A DNA stretch of 64,000 nt from Nitrospinales bacterium (GTDB lineage: Bacteria > Nitrospinota > Nitrospinia > Nitrospinales > VA-1), in assembly GCA_965223795.1 (NCBI GenBank), contig CBDCXL010000001.1, forward strand, positions 192,001-256,000, given 5' to 3'. Of the stretch, positions 40,537-50,473 are shown one piece after another; position 1 is the first letter of the stretch, and every line of letters starts with the position of its first letter. Both the position numbers and the translations under genes were made by a program. Below the pieces are notes generated by a model that was not told the DNA's origin, did no database searches, and was given only the letters and a program-made list of their open reading frames with translations.

Positions 40537-41205
40537 ATGAATACGAACAGACATCTGCGACTGGCTTTTCTGATTTCTCTGGTCCCCTGGCTGATGGGCG
40601 GCTGCCAGAGCATGTATTACAACACCATGGAAAAATTCGGCACGCACAAGCGGGACATCCTGGTGGACCGCATCGAGGCGGCGCGCGATTCGCAGACGGA
40701 CGCCAAGGAACAGTTCAAGGATGCGCTGGAAGAGTTCACGGTGGTGATGAACTTCAAGGGCGGCAAGCTGGAGGACAAATACAAAAAGATCAACGCCGCT
40801 TATGAGGACAGCGAGGAGAAAGCCGAGGACGTGCGCGATCGCATCGATAAAGTGGAGCACGTCGCGGGCGCGTTGTTCGATGAATGGGAAACCGAGCTGG
40901 AACAGTTCACCAACGCCAAGATGAAGCGCAACAGCCAGTCGAAACTCAACAGTACCAAGCGCCGCTACGGCAAGCTCATCAACGCCATGAAACGCGCCGA
41001 GAAGAAGATCCAGCCGGTGCTGTCCTCGTTCAAGAACCAGGTGCTGACGCTGAAGCACAACCTCAACGCGGCGGCCATCGCCTCGCTGCAGGAAGAGCTG
41101 GTGGCGGTGGAGACGGACGTGAATTCACTCATCAAGGAGATGGAGCAGTCCATCGCGGAGGCCGATGCGTTCATCAGCAGCATGGAAGCCGAAAACGTGG
41201 GGTGA
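40537..41205 (+). CDS. DUF2959 family lipoprotein
   Basis: GCQSMYYNTMEKFG.HKRDILVDR, ALFDEW, LKHNLNAAAI, SIAEADAFI. Confidence 0.85.
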   Translation: MNTNRHLRLAFLISLVPWLMGGCQSMYYNTMEKFGTHKRDILVDRIEAARDSQTDAKEQFKDALEEFTVVMNFKGGKLEDKYKKINAAYEDSEEKAEDVRDRIDKVEHVAGALFDEWETELEQFTNAKMKRNSQSKLNSTKRRYGKLINAMKRAEKKIQPVLSSFKNQVLTLKHNLNAAAIASLQEELVAVETDVNSLIKEMEQSIAEADAFISSMEAENVG

Positions 41206-41291
41206 GGGCCATCGCGGGGTGATTTGATGCGGCCGGGTTTAAAGTAAAGCTTTTTCCAGAGAGATAGAAAGAGCAACGGTAACGGGTGGGA

Positions 41292-41549
41292 TCAGCTGGT
41301 AATACCATTTACCGTGAAAATTCTTGAGAAGGGCTCGGCCGCGAGCCACAACGAGAGAGCCAAAGCCCCGTAGGACCAGAGAGACCCCAGAGCCCGTCCA
41401 GCCGACTCATACTGCATTTCCAGGTAAGGCATGATCATGTAGTCTGAGGCAATGAATGCAAAAAAGAAAGCGAACAGACTGACGAGCCCCGCAAGAACTG
41501 CCAGGACCATTTCCACAGTTGCGATGATTACGGGAGGTCTTGCTTTCAT
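41292..41549 (-). CDS. Small membrane protein
   Basis: 85 aa with two hydrophobic helices, 6 bp downstream of the ankyrin gene. Confidence 0.6.
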   Translation of the reverse strand: MKARPPVIIATVEMVLAVLAGLVSLFAFFFAFIASDYMIMPYLEMQYESAGRALGSLWSYGALALSLWLAAEPFSRIFTVNGITS

Positions 41550-41555
41550 GAGATC

Positions 41556-42593
41556 TCACGCGCTGGTTTTTGATGTGTCTTCATGTTGCAGGATTTTCAT
41601 CACCATCTCTTCATCAAACCGGAAATGCGCCAGCCTCAATGGCGTCAATCCTTTCGCACCCAGAGCCGGATTGGCGCCGTGCTTGAGCAACTCTCCCACC
41701 ATATTGGAATCCTGTTTCCAGACTGCAAAGTAAAGAGCCGTCAAGCCATGATTGTCCTTCATGTTCGGATTGGCCTTGTATCGTAATAGCAATCCAACCA
41801 TTTCCGGATGGTTTTTTTCGATCGCAATTTGAAGCGGCGTTTTGATTTTCTTGAACAGTTTGTTCGGGTCGGCACCGTGCTTGAGCAGCATTTCGGCGAC
41901 CTCCACATACCCCTCGAAGGCGGTGTAGTCCAGGTTTGAGGTTCCGCCGGGATGCGCGTAGTTGGGATCGGCACCCTGCCCCAACAGATAGGCGACCACG
42001 GGAATGTTGTTTGTCTGAACCGCGCAGTAGATGGCCTGGCAGCCCCGATTCGAAGCTGCGTGAATGTCCGCGCCATTCTCCACCAGTATGCGGACGATCT
42101 GATCGTCTTTGTGCCATTCCTGAAACGCAGCGTCGATCAGCGGGGTTTTCCCGATGTTGTTTCTCACATCCACTTCAACCCCATGCTTGAGCAGGGTTTT
42201 CACGATTTCCGGGTGATTGTAATACGCCGCGACATGCAGGGGATAATTCCCGTTGATACCGTGAATGTTGGGATCGGCGCCCCGATCCAGAAGCAGGTTC
42301 ACGACATCGAGGTGTCCTCTCTTCGACGCTTCGTAGATGGGAGTCCGGTAGCGGTTGTTCCTCGCTTCCAGCCGCGCTCCTTCGTTGATGAGACGGCGCG
42401 CCTCTTCCAGCTCTCCCCGTGCAGCGGCAAAATGCAGCGGCGTCCAGCCCCCTTCGGTGGGGATCTGGGCCATGCGTTCCTGAGGTGTTTTTGACCTCTC
42501 TATCGAAATCGATACATATGCGTAAAAATCACTGAAAAGAGAAGTCAGCAGAAGGCAGAAAAAAACCAGCGGATTCATCAGGATCGTGGTCAT
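41556..42593 (-). CDS. Ankyrin-repeat protein with an N-terminal TM segment
   Basis: WTPLHFAAARG, GADPN repeats, YPLHVAA, TPLQIA. Confidence 0.92.
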   Translation of the reverse strand: MTTILMNPLVFFCLLLTSLFSDFYAYVSISIERSKTPQERMAQIPTEGGWTPLHFAAARGELEEARRLINEGARLEARNNRYRTPIYEASKRGHLDVVNLLLDRGADPNIHGINGNYPLHVAAYYNHPEIVKTLLKHGVEVDVRNNIGKTPLIDAAFQEWHKDDQIVRILVENGADIHAASNRGCQAIYCAVQTNNIPVVAYLLGQGADPNYAHPGGTSNLDYTAFEGYVEVAEMLLKHGADPNKLFKKIKTPLQIAIEKNHPEMVGLLLRYKANPNMKDNHGLTALYFAVWKQDSNMVGELLKHGANPALGAKGLTPLRLAHFRFDEEMVMKILQHEDTSKTSA

Positions 42594-42631
42594 GGAGGCT
42601 CCGGTAGGTTCCCAATTGTCAATGGTATTTC

Positions 42632-42647
42632 AGCAAACCGCATGCCA
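42632..42647 (-). promoter_or_regulatory. Sigma54 (-24/-12) promoter
   Basis: Minus strand TGGCATG-CGGT-TTGCT, ~40 bp upstream of the ankyrin gene. Confidence 0.7.
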
Positions 42648-42975
42648 AAGACCGGCCGTTGAAAAACCGCGGGTTGCTCGAATCCATCTGTTATTCCATT
42701 GTTTTGGGGTATGAGATATCAGACAGGCTGGCAGAAATCCGGACGGAATCCGGATTCTGCCGGTTTACCGGGATAATGCGGATGAACGTCTGCTGTGCGT
42801 GGGCATCAGGCGTTCTGTTTGAGCGGTGCGTGCGAGAGATGCTTGCGCCGCGTTCTGAAAAACGCGTGCGCATGCAGACCGTATTTGATCCTCATTATGT
42901 CCAGATAAAGGTAAAACGCTTTGCGCTTGTGCCGATTGAAAAGTCGGGTCATTTTCAGTCCCTTTCCCGCATTCG

Positions 42976-43203
42976 TTAATAAGAAACGTTTTCCCAGAAT
43001 TCCTTGTACTCCTCCTTGCCGAGCCGGGCTTTGCAGTCCTCCTTTTCCATTTCCAGTTTTTCGATCAGCTTTCCCTGTATTTCGATGACCTGCTCTTTGG
43101 CGCGCAGTTCCTCTTTGAGCTTCCAGATGACGCTGGCGAGTCCGGTGTTCATGTCTTGTTCTCCCCTGTGAGTGATGTTTCCTTCATTCATTTGGCTCAG
43201 CAT
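42976..43203 (-). CDS. Small coiled-coil hypothetical protein
   Basis: SD AAGGAGG before the ATG at 43203 (alternative start 43152). LKEELRAKEQVIEIQGKLIEKLE heptads. Confidence 0.6.
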   Translation of the reverse strand: MLSQMNEGNITHRGEQDMNTGLASVIWKLKEELRAKEQVIEIQGKLIEKLEMEKEDCKARLGKEEYKEFWENVSY

Positions 43204-43414
43204 AATGCCTCCTTGTTTGATTCGGGTCAGGCTTTGGACAGGAGATGGTTTTTTCGGATTGAGAAAGGGATCGCAGGCCGTTTCCATCCTCCGAAACGCT
43301 TTTATTTCTTTGTTGCGTATGCTGTTTGCCGGTTGAGATAATGCTTGTAAACCGTTGTCTTCCGGCGGGCCGGGCCGGGGCGGCGATCCAGAATTCACAA
43401 TCCAGGGTGCCCGT

Positions 43415-44098
43415 TTGATCGACGTCATCAACCTCTCGAAAACCTACCGCCTCGGCAATGAGGACGTGCATGCGCTGGTGAACGCCACGTTCAGCTTTGC
43501 GCCGGGCGAGTTCGCGGCGATCATGGGACCTTCGGGCAGCGGCAAGTCCACGCTGATGAACCTGCTGGGCTGTCTCGACCTGCCCTCTTCCGGGACGTAC
43601 CGTCTGGGGGATTACGATATCCAGACGCTCAGCTCCAACGAGCTGGCCGAGGTGCGCAACCGCAGGATCGGGTTCGTGTTCCAGAGCTTCAACCTGCTGC
43701 CGAGGGCGTCGGCGCTGGAAAACATCGAGCTGCCGCTGCTCTACGGCCGGGTTGCGCGTGCGCGGGAGAAAGCGATGGCGGCCCTGGACCGGGTCGGCCT
43801 GGCGGAACGGGCGAAGCACAAGCCGGCGGAGCTTTCCGGCGGCGAGCGGCAGCGCGTGGCGATCGCGCGCGCCATCGTCAACGATCCCGCCATCGTGCTG
43901 GCGGACGAACCCACGGGCAACCTGGATACGACCACCGGTGAGGAGATCATGGCTATCTTCAACCGGCTCAACGCGGAAGGCGTGCTGATGGTTCTGGTGA
44001 CGCATGAGATGGAAGTCGCCCGGCACGCACGGCGCATCATCAATATGAGGGACGGGCAGATCGTGGCCGATTCGCTCAAAGAGGAGCTTGCGGTCTGA
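43415..44098 (+). CDS. ABC transporter ATP-binding subunit (MacB/LolD-like)
   Basis: [44 protein letters not shown]. Start uncertain. Confidence 0.93.
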   Translation: MIDVINLSKTYRLGNEDVHALVNATFSFAPGEFAAIMGPSGSGKSTLMNLLGCLDLPSSGTYRLGDYDIQTLSSNELAEVRNRRIGFVFQSFNLLPRASALENIELPLLYGRVARAREKAMAALDRVGLAERAKHKPAELSGGERQRVAIARAIVNDPAIVLADEPTGNLDTTTGEEIMAIFNRLNAEGVLMVLVTHEMEVARHARRIINMRDGQIVADSLKEELAV

Positions 44099-45306
44099 TG
44101 CTGATCTGGGACCTCATCCGCATGGCGCTGCGCTCGCTGGTGGCCAACAAGCTGCGCACGTTCCTGACGACGCTGGGCATCATCATCGGCGTGGCGTCGG
44201 TGATCTCGATGATCTCCATCGGCGAGGGGGCGCGGCAGTCGACGCTGAGCACGATTTCCAAGTTCGGCACCAACCTGATCTCCATACGGCCGGGGCACAA
44301 AAAGACGCGCCACGTTTCGTCCGATAGGGTGCTGACGCTGACCTATGCGGATTCCAGGGCGATCGAGCAGAGCGTGCCCCTCATCACGGGAGTCGCGCCG
44401 CAGGTGTACCAGTCGAAGCAGCTCAAGTTCGGCAACAAGAATTCCAACACCACGGTGCGCGGGACGGGCGAGGACTACGCGCGGCTGGCGAATTTCACCA
44501 TCGACCGCGGCCGCTATTTCAACGCCGACGAAGTGCAGACGGCGCGCCAGGTGGCGGTGCTCGGAGCGACGGTGGTGAAGAATCTGTTCGAAGACACGGA
44601 CCCGATCGGCAAATCGCTGAAAGTGGACGGCAAGAATTATCTCGTCATCGGCATGATGGAGGCGAAGGGGGCGCTCAGCTGGTTCGACCCGGACGATCAG
44701 ATCTTCATCCCGGTCACCACGGCGCAGAAGCGCCTGTTCGGCATGGATCACGTTCAGTCCATCGACGTGCAGGCGGCGCACATCGAGGATCTTGAGATCA
44801 TCAAGCAGGAGATCGAACTGCTGCTGCGTCTCCGGCACAACATTCGCGAGGGCGAGGACAGCGATTTTCACGTGCAGAATTCGTCCGAGTGGCTGAACAG
44901 CTGGGGCGAAGCGGCGAAAACCTTCACCTACCTGCTGGGCGGCATCGCGTTCATCTCGCTGATGGTCGGCGGCATCGGCATCATGAACATCATGCTGGTG
45001 TCCGTCACCGAACGGACGCGCGAGATCGGCATCCGCAAAGCCATCGGCGCCAAAAAGCGGGAAATCCTGGAGCAGTTTCTCATCGAGTCGGTGGTCATGA
45101 GTTTTCTGGGCGGCGGCATCGGCATCCTGCTCGGAATCTTCATCTCCAAGGGGGTGTCCTCCCTGGGCGGCTGGGACACGATCATCTCCATGCAGTCCAT
45201 CCTGCTGGCGTTCGGTTTTTCGGTGGGCGTGGGCGTGTTTTTCGGCTACTACCCCGCCAGCAAAGCGGCCAATCTCAACCCCATCGAAGCGCTGAGATAC
45301 GAATGA
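44098..45306 (+). CDS. ABC transporter permease (MacB-like)
   Basis: [51 protein letters not shown]. Confidence 0.95.
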   Translation: MLIWDLIRMALRSLVANKLRTFLTTLGIIIGVASVISMISIGEGARQSTLSTISKFGTNLISIRPGHKKTRHVSSDRVLTLTYADSRAIEQSVPLITGVAPQVYQSKQLKFGNKNSNTTVRGTGEDYARLANFTIDRGRYFNADEVQTARQVAVLGATVVKNLFEDTDPIGKSLKVDGKNYLVIGMMEAKGALSWFDPDDQIFIPVTTAQKRLFGMDHVQSIDVQAAHIEDLEIIKQEIELLLRLRHNIREGEDSDFHVQNSSEWLNSWGEAAKTFTYLLGGIAFISLMVGGIGIMNIMLVSVTERTREIGIRKAIGAKKREILEQFLIESVVMSFLGGGIGILLGIFISKGVSSLGGWDTIISMQSILLAFGFSVGVGVFFGYYPASKAANLNPIEALRYE

Positions 45307-45325
45307 ACACCTGTCCAGCGGGCTC

Positions 45326-46828
45326 TTGATCATGCAAATCCAACCCGACCGGCAGCGCTACGCCGAGTTGTGCCGGAAATCCAGCCGCGTGCCGGTCTGC
45401 CTGGAAATGCCGATGCAGACGTTCGATCCCGTGCGCCTGCACCGCGCGCTGTTCGGCGATTCGGCGGACTCGTTCATCTTCGACAGCGGCAAAGGGCCGG
45501 ATGCGACCGCCCGCTACACGATTCTGGGGATCTCCAACTCACGCGGCGTCCACATCCAGGACGGCGTGACGACGGTGATCCTGCCGGACGGAACGGATCG
45601 CATCGCCGGCGGCCCGGCGTCGGGCTGGAACCTGCTCGATTTCGACGTATCGGTTGCGGCGGTGGATTACCTGCCGCATTTCTGGGGCGGCTGGGTCGGT
45701 TATATTGGCTACGAGGTGGCGGAGTGGTTTGAAACGCTGCCGCCGCGCAAGCGCGACGACCTTAAGCTGCCGGACCTGCGCTTCATGCAGGTGGACGCCC
45801 TGTTCGTGTACGACCACAGCGAGCGTGTGTTGAAGATGATCGCCTCCGATGTGAACGACGGCACCGACGCCGATTACGACGCGCGCGTGCGGGAAGTTCA
45901 GGGCATGGCACAGCGGGTGCACCGGGCGTTCGCCCAGCACAACGGCCACAATAGTGTGCCGAAAAATGCAGCGCAGCCGGTCGGCACCACGGGCAACGGG
46001 CTGCGCGCCAACATGTCGCGCGAGGAATACATGCAGCGTGTTGAGAAAGCCAAGGCCTACATCCGCGACGGCGACATCTACCAGGCCAACATCGCGCAGC
46101 GGTTCGAGCTCGACACCCGCGACGGGCCGATGGAGCTGTTCTCCCGTCTGCGGCGCGTCAACCCCTCGCCCTTTTCGGGCTACCTCAAGTTCAAGGACTG
46201 GGCGATCGTGAGCTGTTCGCCGGAACGCCTTGTCAAGGTGGCGGGATCGAAGATCGAGACGCGCCCCATCGCGGGCACCCGTCCGCGCGGCGGCGACGCG
46301 GAGAAGGACGCGCATCTCTCTCGCGAGCTCATGCTCAATGAAAAGGAACGGGCCGAGCATCTGATGCTGGTCGACCTGGAACGCAACGACCTGGGGCGGC
46401 TGTGCGTCGAGGGCGGCGTGCGGGTGACGGACCTGATGTTTCTGGAACAGTATTCCCACGTGCACCACATCGTCTCCAACATCGAGGGCGACCTCAGATC
46501 CGGCGTGACCGTGCGCGACATCCTGCGCGCCGTGTTTCCGGGCGGCACGATCACCGGCTGTCCCAAGGTGCGCTGCATGGAAATCATCAACGAGCTGGAG
46601 CCGGACGCGCGCGGCCCCTACTCCGGATCGTTCGGCTACATCGGTTTCGCGCCGCACCTGGACCTCAACATCCTGATCCGCACGATCCTGCTCAAAAGCG
46701 GCAAGGCGTATTTTCACGCGGGCGCGGGCATCGTGGCGGACTCGCATCCGGAAAGGGAGTACCAGGAGACGCTGGACAAGGCCGCGGCGCTCATCGAGGT
46801 GTTGTCGGCGGGACGGGGGACCCCGTGA
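45326..46828 (+). CDS. Aminodeoxychorismate/anthranilate synthase component I
   Basis: [50 protein letters not shown]. Its position next to a PabC-like gene favours PabB. Confidence 0.9.
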   Translation: MIMQIQPDRQRYAELCRKSSRVPVCLEMPMQTFDPVRLHRALFGDSADSFIFDSGKGPDATARYTILGISNSRGVHIQDGVTTVILPDGTDRIAGGPASGWNLLDFDVSVAAVDYLPHFWGGWVGYIGYEVAEWFETLPPRKRDDLKLPDLRFMQVDALFVYDHSERVLKMIASDVNDGTDADYDARVREVQGMAQRVHRAFAQHNGHNSVPKNAAQPVGTTGNGLRANMSREEYMQRVEKAKAYIRDGDIYQANIAQRFELDTRDGPMELFSRLRRVNPSPFSGYLKFKDWAIVSCSPERLVKVAGSKIETRPIAGTRPRGGDAEKDAHLSRELMLNEKERAEHLMLVDLERNDLGRLCVEGGVRVTDLMFLEQYSHVHHIVSNIEGDLRSGVTVRDILRAVFPGGTITGCPKVRCMEIINELEPDARGPYSGSFGYIGFAPHLDLNILIRTILLKSGKAYFHAGAGIVADSHPEREYQETLDKAAALIEVLSAGRGTP

Positions 46829-47703
46829 CGGGCGGCATCGTCCATGTGAACGGCCTGTTTCACCCCGAACGCTCCGCCCGGATCTCGGTGCTGGACCGGG
46901 GCTTTCTGTATGGCGACGGCCTGTTCGAAACGATGCGCGCCTACGGCGGCCGGGTGTTCTGTCTGGACGAACACCTTCATAGATTGCGCCGCTCGCTGGA
47001 GATGATCTTTCTCGAACTGCCGGTGACCGACAAAGAACTGGAATCCGCAGTTCTAACAACCGTCGGCATCAATGCATGCCCGGACACCATCGTGCGCCTG
47101 ATGGTCAGCCGCGGCGTGCAGGCGGCGGGGCCGGCGATCGACGACACCGCCGCGCCGACCTGGGTGGTGCTGACCCGGCCGCTGCCTCCCCTGCCGGAAA
47201 CGGCGTACACCGAGGGCGTGCGCATCGCCCTGTTTCCCAGAAGCGCGGTGCGGACCAGCGGCCTCGACGCCCAGGTGAAATCCTGCAACTACCTCTCGCA
47301 CATCGTCATCCGCGAACTGGCGGCGAGACGTAGCGCCGAGGAAGGGATCTTCATGGACCCGGGCGGACGCATCACGGAAGGCACGATGAGCAATCTCTTT
47401 CTCGTGAAGGAGGGGCGTCTCAAGACGCCGGCTCTGGACCCGCATGTGCTGCCCGGCATCACGCGTCAGGTGGTGCTGGAACTGGCGCGGGAGAGCGGCG
47501 TCCCCTGCGATGAAACCGGGCTGCTGGCGGACGACGTGTACCGCGCCGACGAGGTGTTTCTCACCAATTCCGCCATCGAAATCCTGCCGGTGCGTGCCGC
47601 CGACGGCAGGCCGATCGGCGAGGCCGTGCCCGGAGAGTTGACCCGTTCCCTATGCGGAAGGTTCCGCGAGCGCGTGCAGAGTCGTACGGGTTGCGGTGCA
47701 TAG
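46825..47703 (+). CDS. Class IV PLP enzyme (aminodeoxychorismate lyase / D-amino-acid aminotransferase-like)
   Basis: DRGFLYGDGLFETMR, KSCNY, EGTMSN, LPGITR, ADEVFLTNS. Its GTG overlaps the upstream stop codon. Confidence 0.9.
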   Translation: MTGGIVHVNGLFHPERSARISVLDRGFLYGDGLFETMRAYGGRVFCLDEHLHRLRRSLEMIFLELPVTDKELESAVLTTVGINACPDTIVRLMVSRGVQAAGPAIDDTAAPTWVVLTRPLPPLPETAYTEGVRIALFPRSAVRTSGLDAQVKSCNYLSHIVIRELAARRSAEEGIFMDPGGRITEGTMSNLFLVKEGRLKTPALDPHVLPGITRQVVLELARESGVPCDETGLLADDVYRADEVFLTNSAIEILPVRAADGRPIGEAVPGELTRSLCGRFRERVQSRTGCGA

Positions 47704-47774
47704 GCAAAAATGATAGTCTTTTCAACCGGTTCAACAGAAACCCTTACCCGAACACCTCATCGTATTGCGTGCAC

Positions 47775-48203
47775 ATGGATGCAAAAGACCGGTTTCATGA
47801 CAATCCCAGCGGTGTCATCACCGATTCCGTGAATCAGAAGGACTGGCTGCCCAAGGATTCCTACCAGGATCTGGGGCGCTGGTCGAACTGGCAGGACGCG
47901 CAGAGCTATGTTCTGCTGATGAAGCAGGTCTACGCGGGCGGACACGCCGACTGGCGGCTGCCGACGAAAGAGGAGGCGCTGAGCCTTTACGATCCTGAAT
48001 ACACGTCGCTGGACTGGGAATCCAACGACGTCCACATCTCCACGGTGTTCGTTCCCAAATGCTCGCATTACCTGTGGACGAGCGATGTGAATGAAAACGG
48101 CGAGGTGCTGCGGGTCGATCTGAGGGACGGGGACACCGAATACGTCGCAAAATCCAACAAGGAGAACCACGCCACGAGGCTGGTGCGCGACCGCAAACAT
48201 TGA
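47775..48203 (+). CDS. DUF1566 (Lcl domain) protein
   Basis: RFHDNPSGVITD...YAGGHADWRLPT...TRLVR. Paralog of 11048-11470. Confidence 0.85.
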   Translation: MDAKDRFHDNPSGVITDSVNQKDWLPKDSYQDLGRWSNWQDAQSYVLLMKQVYAGGHADWRLPTKEEALSLYDPEYTSLDWESNDVHISTVFVPKCSHYLWTSDVNENGEVLRVDLRDGDTEYVAKSNKENHATRLVRDRKH

Positions 48204-48224
48204 GTCGCGTCAGGCACCGGCGAC

Positions 48225-48641
48225 CTATGGAAAGGCCAGCCGCCAGAAAGCCGCGGAATCGAGAGTGCCGAGCGAGCGGCTGCGGTAGTCCTCCCCTTCC
48301 ATCACGACTTCCTCCACCCCCGCATCCCGGTGCGTGATCACCGCCACATCCGCGTGCTGTGTGTTTTCAAAACCCGCGAACAGCGTCGCTTTCTGCTTTG
48401 CGGGCAGGGACAGGGGCAGACGCCGGGCGGTTCGCCGCTGATTGCCGGGATCGTGGCAGTCGACGCAAAGCGCGTCCGCCGCGACCCAGCAATGAATGGT
48501 TTCATCCTCCGTTTTTCCGGGAACGAGTACGGTGTTGCCGACGCGCACCGCGTATTCGGGTGAGAATGTGCCGGGAAACCAGACTTTGCCTGTGTCGTCG
48601 ATCGTCTGCATGACACGAATAATGAGGGGTGCCGTTTTCAC
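48225..48641 (-). CDS. Hypothetical protein
   Basis: 138-aa ORF filling the gap between the DUF1566 gene and bioF. No motif recognised. Confidence 0.55.
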   Translation of the reverse strand: MKTAPLIIRVMQTIDDTGKVWFPGTFSPEYAVRVGNTVLVPGKTEDETIHCWVAADALCVDCHDPGNQRRTARRLPLSLPAKQKATLFAGFENTQHADVAVITHRDAGVEEVVMEGEDYRSRSLGTLDSAAFWRLAFP

Positions 48642-48676
48642 TTTAAACCGGGGACGATAACACGTCCGATCCTGAA

Positions 48677-49822
48677 GTGTCGATGGATTCTTTGAACGAA
48701 CGGCTGCAAAAGGAACTGGAGCGGCTGCGGCGGGAAAACCTGGAACGCCGGGTGGTTCTGCGTCAGGGGGTGCGGCTCGACCTGTGTTCCAACGACTACC
48801 TGCGCCTGCGCACGCATCCGGATGTGCTGGCCGGGGCGCGGCGGGCGGCGGAACAGTACGGCGCGGGCAGCGGGGCCTCTCCCCTGCTAGCGGGTTTCAT
48901 GCCCTGCCATCAGGAGCTGCTGGACCGGCTGCGCCGCTGGAAGGGCAAGCCGCACGGGATGCTGTTCAACGCCGGGTTTCTCGCCAATCAGGCGGTCATC
49001 CACCACCTGCCGGGAAAAAACGACTGCGTCCTGGCGGACAAGCTGGTGCACCACTCGATCGTGCAGGCGCTGACGCGCGGACCGGCGCGCTTCAAGCGCT
49101 ACCGGCATCTGGATCTCAACCACCTGGAACTGCTGCTTGAAGACAACCGTGGCGGCCACGAAACCCTGTTCGTGGTGACGGAGAGCGTGTTCAGCATGGA
49201 CGGCGATCACCCGGATCTGAATCAACTCGCGGCGCTGAAAAAGAAATACGATTTCGTCTGGGTGCTGGACGAAGCGCACGGCACGGGCGTGTACGGGCCG
49301 ACCGGCGGCGGTCTCGCCGAAGAGGCGGGCGTGCTGGAGGACGTCGATATCCTGGTCGGCACGCTGGGAAAGGCGCTCGCCAGCATGGGGGCCTACGTGC
49401 TGAGTTCTTCACCGGCGGTGATCGATTACCTGACCAACCGCGCCGGTGAGTTCATCTACTCGACTTTTTTGTCTCCGGCGCAGGCGGGCGCGGCTATTGA
49501 AGCGCTCAACATCGTCCAGGTGGCCGGGAAAGAGCGTAAAGAGTTGCGGATGCTGTCCCGCTGGTTCCGTGAACGACTCAAAGCGAAAGGCTGGACCACG
49601 ATCGGCGGGGATTCGCCCATCGTGCCCGTCCTCGCAGGCGATTCAGCACGGGTGCTGAAGCTGCGCGACGCTTTGCTGGAGAAAGGCATTCTCGTGGGCG
49701 CGGTGCGTCCGCCCACGGTTCCGGCAGGCACGGCGCGGCTGCGCGTGTCGCTGCACGCGGACGTCACCCGCGAACAGCTTGAGGACGTGCTCGCCATCCT
49801 GGGAAACGGGGACACGCGGTGA
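48677..49822 (+). CDS. bioF: 8-amino-7-oxononanoate synthase
   Basis: SNDYL, GAGSGAS, ESVFSMDGD, DEAHG, GTLGKA, VRPPTVP. Confidence 0.93.
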   Translation: MSMDSLNERLQKELERLRRENLERRVVLRQGVRLDLCSNDYLRLRTHPDVLAGARRAAEQYGAGSGASPLLAGFMPCHQELLDRLRRWKGKPHGMLFNAGFLANQAVIHHLPGKNDCVLADKLVHHSIVQALTRGPARFKRYRHLDLNHLELLLEDNRGGHETLFVVTESVFSMDGDHPDLNQLAALKKKYDFVWVLDEAHGTGVYGPTGGGLAEEAGVLEDVDILVGTLGKALASMGAYVLSSSPAVIDYLTNRAGEFIYSTFLSPAQAGAAIEALNIVQVAGKERKELRMLSRWFRERLKAKGWTTIGGDSPIVPVLAGDSARVLKLRDALLEKGILVGAVRPPTVPAGTARLRVSLHADVTREQLEDVLAILGNGDTR

Positions 49823-50469
49823 ACATCGCGGCGGCCGCGGGCTGGGCGATCCCGTCCGAGTGGTTCGCCCGCATGATTCGCGAATCGTTTCCCGCCGCCA
49901 CGGTGAACGTGCTCGTCCCGAACGATCCCGCCGATGCCGCCGAAGCGCGAACGCTGTTGCAGTCGGTGCGGGCGGATCTTTACATCGGTTATTCGCTGGG
50001 AAGCCTGTGGCTTTTGACCCACCAGGCGTTTTTACCGGAAAACACAAAACGCGCGCTGCTCGCTCCCATCCTCGGATTCTGCCGGGAACAGGATAGGGGT
50101 GGCAAAACGCCTGAAACCAAACTAAAATACCTCATCAGGGTGCTGACGCGAAACCCGGAGGAGCGTTCCCCCCTGTTGGACTTTCACGCGGATTGCGGTC
50201 TTGCGTTCACCGGTTCCGATCTGGATTCCCTGCCGGACGCCGCCGTGCTGTTGAACGGCCTTGAGTTTTTACGGGCGGCGCAAGCGTCCGCGGACGACGC
50301 GGCGGGATTCACCGCTTTATTGGGCGATCGGGACCCGTTTCTCGACGCGGTCCGCCTGAAGCAACTCATTCCCGCACTGGAAATCCTTCCCGGCGCGGGG
50401 CATTCTCCCGCACCGCTGATCCGGCGGCTGGCGGAACGATTGCGCCACCCCGGTTGCCAGACTCCATGA
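49819..50469 (+). CDS. Alpha/beta hydrolase, putative pimeloyl-ACP methyl ester esterase
   Basis: GW oxyanion motif, GYSLG nucleophile, GDRDP and GAGH. Overlaps the bioF stop codon. Confidence 0.7.
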   Translation: MNIAAAAGWAIPSEWFARMIRESFPAATVNVLVPNDPADAAEARTLLQSVRADLYIGYSLGSLWLLTHQAFLPENTKRALLAPILGFCREQDRGGKTPETKLKYLIRVLTRNPEERSPLLDFHADCGLAFTGSDLDSLPDAAVLLNGLEFLRAAQASADDAAGFTALLGDRDPFLDAVRLKQLIPALEILPGAGHSPAPLIRRLAERLRHPGCQTP

Positions 50470-50473
50470 CTCC

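Noticed and set aside
33959..41058. Very long minus-strand ORFs (1062, 649 and 789 aa) and similar antisense ORFs elsewhere
   Set aside because: These are shadow ORFs opposite recognisable genes, as expected with GC-rich codon usage. They contain no motifs.
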